Shown here one piece after another: positions 29,762-40,778 of a stretch of DNA of 64,000 nt. The translations under genes and the position numbers were made by a program. Location: NCBI GenBank assembly GCA_963699255.1, contig OY969425.1, positions 646,070 through 710,069 of the forward strand. Reading direction: 5' to 3'. Positions within the stretch are counted from its first letter, which is position 1. Every line of letters begins with the position of its first letter. This DNA is from an uncultured bacterium. Lineage in GTDB: Bacteria > Margulisbacteria > WOR-1 > CAVSGV01. The notes under the pieces were generated by a model. That model was given only the letters and a program-made list of their open reading frames with translations, was not told the DNA's origin and made no database searches.

Positions 29762-30262
29762 CTAGATCGGAAGCGATATTTTGGACACGCCTATTTTTGA
29801 GGCGTCATCGATCCTGTTAAGCACTTCATCCGCCTTGCCGGGATGGGCGTTCAAATAAACGGACAGCTGCAATATTCCGGTTTGATTGGAGATATCGATC
29901 GTCATGGACTTTTTTTCGGCGGACCTTTCAAGCGGCAGATGGATCCTGGAAGAGCCCTTGCTTGCCGCGGTCGCCATCAATTTCGCTATTTTGTCCCCGC
30001 TGTTGGGATGCGTGTTCATGAAGTCGCTTATTTTCAAGGCGTCCGAGCTGTTGAAAAAGTCCACCTGTTCGGAATTCGCGAGAGGCATATTGCTGCTGGC
30101 GGCTAACGGATTAATGGCCTGGATACCCGGTTCATCGGAGTCATTCCTCTTATCGTCAAAGCCCATATCAGCACATCCTTTCTTAACAGGGGATATTATA
30201 GGCCTTAATAAGACAGAAGGCAAAACATGAAGGCGGGACATGAAGGCGATCGAGGAAGACAA
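29762..30262 (-). CDS. hypothetical protein
   Basis: 166 aa ORF; no motif recognised. The start may be the internal ATG (MGFDD...). Confidence 0.35.
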   Translation of the reverse strand: MSSSIAFMSRLHVLPSVLLRPIISPVKKGCADMGFDDKRNDSDEPGIQAINPLAASSNMPLANSEQVDFFNSSDALKISDFMNTHPNSGDKIAKLMATAASKGSSRIHLPLERSAEKKSMTIDISNQTGILQLSVYLNAHPGKADEVLNRIDDASKIGVSKISLPI

Positions 30263-30418
30263 AAGGCATTGGAATTCGGGAAACTTGGGATACGGTTTAG
30301 AGATATAGGAAAACAGGAATGAGGAAAACAGGAGTTCTTTTCTTCCTCTTTCCCCTTTTTCCTCTTTCCCTAAACTCAGTCCCTATATTCCTTTATCCCC
30401 ATTTCTCTAATATACCCC

Positions 30419-30850
30419 CTACTTCAAGAATCCGATGTTCTTGACCGTTTTATCCGGTATTTCCATCAATTCGTTTATCGCGTCAAAAACCACCTTGAAC
30501 TTGCCGTCGTATTTCTTTTCCATTTCCTCGATCTTCCGCTTCAATTCCGCATGGCTGGAAAGTAATCGTCTTAACCTTGTGAATGTCCTCATGATCTGGA
30601 TATTGACCTGAACGGCTCTTTCGCTGTTGAGCACTGAAGACAGCATTGCCACTCCTTGTTCAGTAAAGGCATAAGGCGAGAAGCGCCTCTTGCTGTATTT
30701 TGCGGTCACAAATTGTGACCGCAAATATTCAGACTCTTGCTCTGTCAACTGGAACATAAAATCATCAGGAAATCTCCGAATGGCAATAAAGGCGATTGAG
30801 GGCGATAAAGGGCGATAGAAGGCACAGGGCTTATGGCTTAGGGCTGGCAC
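30419..30850 (-). pseudogene. ORF6N-domain (KilA-N-like) protein, 5'-truncated by insertion of the palindromic cassette
   Basis: [15 protein letters not shown]...[29 protein letters not shown] matches the C-terminal half of the ORF6N domain. Sequence upstream of RFPDDF is repeat-derived, and the N-terminal half of the domain is absent. Confidence 0.6.
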
Positions 30851-31289
30851 TTGCGTTTTAAGGAATAAATAAGGCGGTTGAATAAGTATAAAGTTTTGAT
30901 AGTTAGTCCTTCAAAATGATCAAAAACATCTTTTGATACGTACTTTTTCAAATATACATGCCGCGACCAATTTCCCAATTCCGCTAGAGATCTGCGGCTA
31001 AAGCCCAAAAATCTAATGTATTCCTTTATACTGCCCGAATAATATCCTTCTACAAAGTTTGCGCTGACTGATGTTACCGCCCGATCAATTTGGTCTCTTA
31101 AACTAAAACAATTCTTCGGCACCAGCGGCATTATTTCACGATAAAGATATGTTTCTATTTTTTCAATATTGCCCCATACGATCATTTTTTTGTGTCCCTG
31201 CATGCAATTGCCCCCTTCTTCCCGCCTTACGCCTTGAGCCTCAAGCCCTAACACTCCCCTATATCGCCTTCTTTTGCCCTAATTGCCAT
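30780..31289. mobile_element. intervening-sequence-like cassette: a palindrome-family arm (30780-30850), a four-helix-bundle gene, and an inverted arm (31205-31289)
   Basis: Both arms belong to the ARGGCGATWR-unit family seen at 28374-28525 and 31388-31548. They overlap the gene's stop codon and promoter region. Inferred from sequence structure only. Confidence 0.4.
30838..31203 (-). CDS. four-helix-bundle protein (23S rRNA intervening-sequence protein family, TIGR02436-like)
   Basis: [18 protein letters not shown]...[45 protein letters not shown] matches the family consensus (L.vWqka...RAavSIpsNIAEG...F..A.GSlaEl). Confidence 0.75.
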   Translation of the reverse strand: MQGHKKMIVWGNIEKIETYLYREIMPLVPKNCFSLRDQIDRAVTSVSANFVEGYYSGSIKEYIRFLGFSRRSLAELGNWSRHVYLKKYVSKDVFDHFEGLTIKTLYLFNRLIYSLKRKCQP

Positions 31290-31387
31290 ACCTTAACCAG
31301 CAATTTTTATGCCAAGGGAAATAAACATAGAAAGATCGAATATGCAGCAGCTTTCGACAGATGGGTGTCGAGAAGGATGACATGAGA

Positions 31388-31548
31388 AAGGGCAATTAAG
31401 GCGATTGATGGCGATACAAGGTGGTGGAAGGCATATGGCTAAAGGCTCATGGCAAAAGGAAATTTGTTTCTTGCCTTTTGTCTTATATCGTAAGCCCTAT
31501 ATGCCCTCTTTTGCCTTCAATCGCCATAAATCGCCCTTTATTTCTGCG
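31388..31548. repeat. long imperfect palindrome of the same family, 'empty' copy
   Basis: AAGGGCAATTAAGGCGATTGATGGCGATACAAGG... mirrored by ...CCTTCAATCGCCATAAATCGCCCTTT around a centre at ~31465. Confidence 0.55.
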
Positions 31549-32020
31549 CATTTCTTAAATACAAGAAGACTAATATTACTATAAGTATTGGAAGCAATAA
31601 ATCGTTCAGGTATAGTATCGGCCCCGCGTTATAAACGGCGGTATTGCCGGATGTGATTATATCTCGGATATGGCCTGTCCCCGCCCCTATTCCGAAGATT
31701 CCGCCTATTATTGCGATTGCGAGCCAGTAAGTGCCGCGGAACCAGAAGCTAAGGAGCGCGGCGATGCCGATGGCTATGTTGGCGACGCCGACTTCGTACT
31801 GGAACGGGCTTCCGGGAGCCCAGCCGATGCCGCGGGCGATGGCGGGTCCATTGAAGATGTGCTCAAGTCCAGCCATTGTCTGGCCGATACCGACGGCAAT
31901 GATGAAGTAATCAAGAAGGATTATCTCGAGTATGTTTGATATATTGCGAGTCTTCCTCGTCAGCGCGATATGGATGAGAATAATAAGTATCGTGATTGTC
32001 AGCATTATTATTGGGAACAT
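31538..32020 (-). CDS. hypothetical polytopic membrane protein
   Basis: 160 aa with four or five hydrophobic helices. Confidence 0.5.
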   Translation of the reverse strand: MFPIIMLTITILIILIHIALTRKTRNISNILEIILLDYFIIAVGIGQTMAGLEHIFNGPAIARGIGWAPGSPFQYEVGVANIAIGIAALLSFWFRGTYWLAIAIIGGIFGIGAGTGHIRDIITSGNTAVYNAGPILYLNDLLLPILIVILVFLYLRNAQK

Positions 32021-32103
32021 GGGGGGATTATAGCAAAGAAAATAATAGTTTAATAATAAAAAGTGGTATTTTCAGAATAAGAACGTGGTAGAATATTTTA
32101 ATT

Positions 32104-33084
32104 GTGATTAAACAAAGAAATATTATAAACGAACTCACGAGAAGGCTATCAGAAGTAGAAACTTTTTCAAATCATCCAATCACTTCCAAAAAGACTGCCG
32201 AAGCATTCTTTTCAGGAATTGCTGATTATATGAATTTTATCTTAACAAACCATAAGTTGAAGGGCTATTGTCAGCAATTAGAGAAAAAGCAAAAGGGACT
32301 AACCGTTAGTAAGGAATTATCAAAAGAAGATGATTCGATGATAAAACAACTCAAGAAGTACTCCGATGATATTGAAGGAATAATTAAAGCGAATAATATA
32401 ACTAACCTTCCCTATGACAAAATTATACCTCCTGGATATAGTGGATCAATATCTGCAGATCAAGCTCTTTCCCTCACTTATTGGAGAGCAAATTCATATG
32501 TTACTCGTAAAACTCATGTTGCAGGAGATGGCTATTCTGGAATAAGAGAGTTGAGGTATTTGACTGATGAACTGATGCTAAAAATTGGAAAAACACCTGA
32601 ACTGGAAAAGATTTACAAAGATTGTCATAAATTAGTTGAAAATTATGATAATAAATTAAAAACAAAATCACGTCTTGAGGCCTTCTTAAGACATGATGCC
32701 TACAAATCACTTTTAGAAGTATGGGACTATTTCTATAATGGGGAAAATTGGAAGAGTAACCTAAATTTCATAATAATGTATGGCTCATGTTTAGATTCAA
32801 ATTCATCATCCGCGCTAAAGACTGAGGATGCTCAAAAGATTAATCGTGCAAAAGATGAATATTTATCATCATTACATAAAATGCACAATTACCTTTCGGA
32901 TAAATACGATGAAACAAATATAGTATTTGACATACTCTCTCCAGCGATAAAAAGCTTTGCAACAACACTTGTTGGCCTTATTCTTATTGGGGTATTACTT
33001 GCAGCTCTTAATCTATTAAATTTTAAGCTGCCCATCAAACTAATAAATGCCGCAATGAAATACATTGCATTAGTAAAACAATGA
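32104..33084 (+). CDS. hypothetical protein with a C-terminal TM anchor, in an AT-rich island
   Basis: 326 aa. The region 32030-33130 is about 30% GC against about 50% in the surroundings. A single TM helix lies at the C-terminus (TLVGLILIGVLLAALNLL). Confidence 0.5.
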   Translation: MIKQRNIINELTRRLSEVETFSNHPITSKKTAEAFFSGIADYMNFILTNHKLKGYCQQLEKKQKGLTVSKELSKEDDSMIKQLKKYSDDIEGIIKANNITNLPYDKIIPPGYSGSISADQALSLTYWRANSYVTRKTHVAGDGYSGIRELRYLTDELMLKIGKTPELEKIYKDCHKLVENYDNKLKTKSRLEAFLRHDAYKSLLEVWDYFYNGENWKSNLNFIIMYGSCLDSNSSSALKTEDAQKINRAKDEYLSSLHKMHNYLSDKYDETNIVFDILSPAIKSFATTLVGLILIGVLLAALNLLNFKLPIKLINAAMKYIALVKQ

Positions 33085-33134
33085 TCTTTATCGCCCAACG
33101 ATACTTCGCACATCAAATACTTATCTAATACTTC

Positions 33135-33482
33135 TTATTCTTCTTCTCTCTCTCTTAAATTTTCTTTTTTCGTCCATCCGGATATGTTCACCTGGACCAT
33201 ATTCCCCTCGCTGCCCACCCTCTTTATTTCAGCGCCTTTTTGGCGTAAATATATGTAAGCTCGCCGTGAAATATACGCTCCAAACCTCACCTTGATCCAC
33301 CCGCCCTTTTCATCGATATCCGTTATTTTTATGTACTGGGTCTTCTGCAGAGTATAGACCAACATTGCCTTTACCGAAGGCCCTTTCCTTATATTGGCAT
33401 GATCCCATCGAACAGCCCAGTCCGACGCGAAAACCGGCAGCGAAAGCACTATCAGGATCAGAACGATAAACGCTTTTTTCAT
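33135..33482 (-). CDS. exported SH3b-like domain protein
   Basis: 115 aa from MKKAFIVLILIVLSLPVFA, with a signal peptide. The longer ORF-track extension is a shadow of the pilin gene. Confidence 0.5.
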   Translation of the reverse strand: MKKAFIVLILIVLSLPVFASDWAVRWDHANIRKGPSVKAMLVYTLQKTQYIKITDIDEKGGWIKVRFGAYISRRAYIYLRQKGAEIKRVGSEGNMVQVNISGWTKKENLREREEE

Positions 33483-33608
33483 GAACAATATATACCACCG
33501 GCCGCCCGGCACATCAAGAGCAATATTTGGGTGTTGACATGCTTGCACCGTATAAGATACAATTTCCATAAAAGGTTCACATGTCCCAAAAGAAAGGCGG
33601 GATGAAAA

Positions 33609-34049
33609 ATGAAAAGCAGAGGATTTACCCTTATCGAGCTCCTTATAGTAATGGCGGTCATAGCGATCCTTATCGGCATAGCGCTGCCCAGCTTCAGGGG
33701 AATGCAGCAGGAAGCCAGGAAGACAAGGGCCCAGGGCGATGTAAGGACCATAAAGATGGCGGTGGAGGCATATTACATGGACCACCAGAACACCTATCCC
33801 GCCGAAGCAAATTACCAGGCGACCCTTCAGGCTTCCGTCCCGCAGATACTTACCAGCACCCTGTATGATCCTTTTGGCGCCACTTCCACGACGCAGTATC
33901 TGTATTCTCTGGACACTCACAACCCCGCCACGGCAAATTATTATATTATTTCTTCGGTCAGCCCATCTGGTGTTGCTACCGCTACCGTTAGCACGACCGG
34001 AACCATAACCGCATCGTCCGATGCGATCTACGCTTCGAACGGCCATTGA
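33609..34049 (+). CDS. type IV pilin / T2SS pseudopilin-like protein (prepilin-type N-terminal cleavage/methylation domain)
   Basis: MKSRG|FTLIELLIVMAVIAIL: a class III signal peptide with a G/F cleavage site and E5. Confidence 0.8.
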   Translation: MKSRGFTLIELLIVMAVIAILIGIALPSFRGMQQEARKTRAQGDVRTIKMAVEAYYMDHQNTYPAEANYQATLQASVPQILTSTLYDPFGATSTTQYLYSLDTHNPATANYYIISSVSPSGVATATVSTTGTITASSDAIYASNGH

Positions 34050-34230
34050 TATTAAATGATGCTGAGCTCTAGATCTTAACGCCGGGTTGTTTGGCTTTCT
34101 CGAGCTTCGAGCCCGGCTCCGTATCGCCCTAACTGCCGAGCCTTTAAATTGCAGCACTTTTTTGGCGTTTGAAACGCGAAAATATGATATAATTTTTAAA
34201 TAAGACCCTCAAGAAAGGCCGGATAAAAAA

Positions 34231-37351
<3,121 letters not shown>

Positions 37352-37361
37352 AGAAATAAAT

Positions 37362-37472
37362 CTCACAAATTACAATAAACAAATCACAAACAATAAACAA
37401 TCAACAAATTACAATGTTTGTCAGATTGTATATTGTAAATTGTTTGTAACTTGGGATTTGTTTATTGTGTAT
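37362..37472. repeat. A/C-rich heptamer-periodic tract (CAAWNAA units) followed by its G/T-rich inverted complement; a long imperfect hairpin between nrnA and truB
   Basis: ACAATAAACAAATCACAAACAATAAACAATCAACAAATTACAA, then TGTTTGTCAGATTGTATATTGTAAATTGTTTGTAAC.... Confidence 0.45.
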
Positions 37473-38416
37473 TATTTGATCACCCTGAACACTTCGGCCA
37501 GCGTTTTTTCTTTCGCGTCTTCAAGCTTTCCGTTGAGTATCGCCCCGGACGCCCTTATGTGCCCGCCGCCGCCCAGCTTCTTCGCTATGTCGGATACGTT
37601 CACCTTGAATTTGGAGCGGAAATTCACTTTTATCCCGTCACCTTCCTCGCGGAAAAGGACCGCCACCTCAACGCCTTTTATTGAGCGTATCTGATCCACA
37701 ATGCCCGTAAGGTCCTCGCTCTTCGCCCCGATCGAATCCATCAGCTTCCGGGGGAGGACCGTCCACGCGACCTTCCCGCTCTTTGTGGTCTCCAGCCTGT
37801 ACATCGCGGCCCCGAGCACTTTCACGGAAGATTTCGTCTTTGACTCATAGACCGCCATCGCGATCCTGCTTATGTCCGCACCCGCCCTCGCGAGGAACGC
37901 GGCGACGTCAAAGGTCCGGGCGGTCGTGTAGTCATAACGGAAATTCCCCGTGTCTGTCATTATTCCCGCGTAAAGGCACGCCGCGATATCCTTTGATATC
38001 CTGATGTTCATTTTCCTGAATAAATTGAATAATATCTCAGAAACGGAAGAAATATTCTCGATCAGATTTATATCGCCGAATTCCGTGTTGTCAGGATGGT
38101 GGTCTATATTGATGATCTTATGCGCCAGGGCCTTGAGGTTTATTTTCTTCCCCACCCTGTTCTCGCCGCCGCAGTCAACCGCAACGGCAAGATCGAATTT
38201 CCCCCTGCCTAAAGAATGCTTCACTCTGGCCGACTGCGGAAGGAACCTGTATATCTGGGGCACCTTGTCCCTGCAGTACATCGTGACCTTTTTGCCCGAT
38301 GCCTTCAGCGCGAGGTACATCGCCAGCATGGATCCCACGGCGTCGCCGTCCGGATCCGTGTGGGTAACGATCAGCGCGCTGCCGGCTTTTTGTATCGCCT
38401 TTATGACTTCTTGCAT
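37472..38416 (-). CDS. nrnA: bifunctional oligoribonuclease / pAp phosphatase NrnA (DHH-DHHA1)
   Basis: 314 aa; DHH motifs (HTDPDGDAVGS, DHH) and a GGGH DHHA1 motif. Confidence 0.85.
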   Translation of the reverse strand: MQEVIKAIQKAGSALIVTHTDPDGDAVGSMLAMYLALKASGKKVTMYCRDKVPQIYRFLPQSARVKHSLGRGKFDLAVAVDCGGENRVGKKINLKALAHKIINIDHHPDNTEFGDINLIENISSVSEILFNLFRKMNIRISKDIAACLYAGIMTDTGNFRYDYTTARTFDVAAFLARAGADISRIAMAVYESKTKSSVKVLGAAMYRLETTKSGKVAWTVLPRKLMDSIGAKSEDLTGIVDQIRSIKGVEVAVLFREEGDGIKVNFRSKFKVNVSDIAKKLGGGGHIRASGAILNGKLEDAKEKTLAEVFRVIK

Positions 38417-38763
38417 GGCTTCTTCTTTTCCTTGTGAAGCTTGTTTATGATCGCGAAGACCTTCGCTCCCCGCTCGATGGAGGTGTCCTGCTTGAACAAT
38501 ATCTCCGGAACATCGCGCAGCTGGAGCCTGCTGCCCAGCTCGCGGCGGACGAATTTTGTGGCGGAATACAGCGCGGACATCGTGTCGTTCTGTTCCTTCT
38601 GGGTGCCGTAAACACTGACGAATATCTTCGCGTTCTGGAGGTCGGGCCCGACGTCGACCGAGGTGACTGACGCGAATCCGATGCGCGGATCATTGAGTTT
38701 TCTGGAAATTATGTCGCTGACTTCCTGCTTGATAAGCTCCGCGACCCTGTCTGCTCTGGTCAT
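38401..38763 (-). CDS. rbfA: ribosome-binding factor A
   Basis: RbfA KH-like fold. The start ATG at 38763 overlaps the infB stop (TAATG). The longer ORF to 38799 is also possible. Confidence 0.8.
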   Translation of the reverse strand: MTRADRVAELIKQEVSDIISRKLNDPRIGFASVTSVDVGPDLQNAKIFVSVYGTQKEQNDTMSALYSATKFVRRELGSRLQLRDVPEILFKQDTSIERGAKVFAIINKLHKEKKKPCKKS

Positions 38764-40772
38764 TAGAGTTTCCTTGCGGATGTCCTTATTTCGAAACAAT
38801 CAACGGTATCGCCTTCGGCAAAGTCGGAATATCCGGAGATGGAGATGCCGCACTCATATCCAGCCTGGACTTCCTTAGCATCTTCCTTGAACCTCTTAAG
38901 CGATTCAAGCCGGCCTTCATAGATCTTCTTTCCCTCTCTCCAGATCCTTATGCTGGCGCCCCTCTGCATCTTTCCGTCCTTGACGGTGCATCCGGCGATG
39001 ACGCCCACCTTCGAATACTTGAAAAGCGCCTTCACCGTCGCGTGCCCGAGGACCACCTCTTCCTTTACCGGCTCAAGCAGGCCCGTCATCGCGGCCTTAA
39101 CGTCATCCGCGATCTGGTAAATTATGTTGTATATCCTCGCGTCCACGCCCTTGTCATCCGCGAGCAGCTTGGCGCCGCCCTCAAAAGGCACGTTGAAACC
39201 TATGATTATGCCCTTTGTCGTGAGCGCGAGCAGGACGTCGCTCTCGGAAATGCCTCCCGCGCCGCTGTGGATTATATTCACCCTTACGTCCGCGGTTGTC
39301 AGGTTCTGGAGAAGCGTCTTTATCGCTTCAACGGAGCCCTGCACATCGGCCTTAAGGATGATGTTCAGGTCCTTTCTTACACCTTCCTTCACCGCGCGGG
39401 AAAAATCCTCAAGTGTAAGCACTTTCCCCCGCATCTGCTTGAATTGTTCGATCTCGAGGCGTTTTTTCTCGGAAAGTTTTCTCGCCGTCTGGTCATCGCG
39501 GACCACCCTGAACAGCTCGCCAGGCACGGGCACGGTTTCCGCACCGAGGACTTCCACGGGCTGGGACGGAAGCGCTTTTTTTATGTTCTTGCCTTTGTCA
39601 TCGATCAACGCCCTCACTTTTCCGGAAACTCCCCCGACATAAAAAGTGTCCCCTATCTTAAGGGTGCCGTTGCCGATAAGGACGGTTGCGACAGGGCCTC
39701 TTCCTTTGTCGAGCTTTGCCTCTATGACTATACCGGACGCGGACCTTGAAGGGTTGGCTTTCAGCTCCAGTATATCGGCTGTAAGGAGTATCATGTCGAG
39801 CAGTTCATCGATCCCGGTCCCCTGCTTCGCGGATATCGGGACAACGACCGTTTTACCTCCCCACTCTTCCGGAGTAAGGTCGTATTCCGTCAGCTGTTTC
39901 TTTACGCGCTCGATGTTGGCTTCCGGCTTGTCTATTTTGTTGATGGCGATGATGATCGGCACTCCCGCGGCTTTCGCGTGGTTTATGGCTTCCACGGTCT
40001 GGGGCATGATCCCGTCATCTGCGGCAACTACAAGCACAGCTATGTCGGTCACCTTCGCTCCCCTGGACCTCAGCGCCGTGAAAGCTTCGTGGCCCGGAGT
40101 ATCAAGGAACGAGACCTTTCTGCCCTTCACTTCCACCTGGTACGCTCCTATGTGCTGCGTGATCCCTCCCGCCTCGGTTGCCATCACGTTCGTCTTCCTT
40201 ATCGCGTCAAGGAGCTTTGTTTTTCCATGGTCGACGTGGCCCATTACGACAACGATGGGAGGCCTGGGCACGAGATGCGCCGCTTCTTCCTTCTGGACCG
40301 CGGCGGCGGGGCCCGCCTCTTTTTCCTCTGACAGGACGTCGATATTGAATACTTTCGCGACCGCCCTGGCCACGTTCACATCCACCCTCTGGTTTATCGT
40401 CGCCAGTATCCCCAGCCTCATGAGTTCCTTGATCACGTCGCTCGCCTTTGATTCAAGTTTTTCCGAAAGTTCCTTCACGTTGATGTCGCCGATTATCGAT
40501 ATCGTCTTTTTCGGGGGCGCTTTTACTTCAACGGGAGGCTCCGCTTTCGCGGGTTCAGGCGCTTTTACAACGGGGATATCCACGGCCTTCTTTTCCTCTT
40601 TTTTACCTTTGGACAGCAGGTCTTCAGCCGACTTGGCATCTTCTTCGCTTATGACGCTAGCCGTGGTCTTTGCCGCGACCCCAAGTTCCTTCAGGCTCTT
40701 TAAAAGATCCTTCGGGTCGAGCTTAAGGTCTTCCGCAAGCTTTGATACTTTTATTCCTTTTTTTGTCGCCAA
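38763..40772 (-). CDS. infB: translation initiation factor IF-2
   Basis: 669 aa; GTPase G-domain (GHVDHGKT, DTPGH, NKID) plus C-terminal domains. Confidence 0.95.
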   Translation of the reverse strand: MATKKGIKVSKLAEDLKLDPKDLLKSLKELGVAAKTTASVISEEDAKSAEDLLSKGKKEEKKAVDIPVVKAPEPAKAEPPVEVKAPPKKTISIIGDINVKELSEKLESKASDVIKELMRLGILATINQRVDVNVARAVAKVFNIDVLSEEKEAGPAAAVQKEEAAHLVPRPPIVVVMGHVDHGKTKLLDAIRKTNVMATEAGGITQHIGAYQVEVKGRKVSFLDTPGHEAFTALRSRGAKVTDIAVLVVAADDGIMPQTVEAINHAKAAGVPIIIAINKIDKPEANIERVKKQLTEYDLTPEEWGGKTVVVPISAKQGTGIDELLDMILLTADILELKANPSRSASGIVIEAKLDKGRGPVATVLIGNGTLKIGDTFYVGGVSGKVRALIDDKGKNIKKALPSQPVEVLGAETVPVPGELFRVVRDDQTARKLSEKKRLEIEQFKQMRGKVLTLEDFSRAVKEGVRKDLNIILKADVQGSVEAIKTLLQNLTTADVRVNIIHSGAGGISESDVLLALTTKGIIIGFNVPFEGGAKLLADDKGVDARIYNIIYQIADDVKAAMTGLLEPVKEEVVLGHATVKALFKYSKVGVIAGCTVKDGKMQRGASIRIWREGKKIYEGRLESLKRFKEDAKEVQAGYECGISISGYSDFAEGDTVDCFEIRTSARKL

Positions 40773-40778
40773 TTATTC

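Noticed and set aside
33483-34157. Upstream 225-codon extension of the SH3-like ORF (ORF track 33135..34157)
   Set aside because: The extension is antisense to the pilin gene and G/R-rich. The genuine protein starts at MKKAFIVL with a signal peptide (ATG at 33482).
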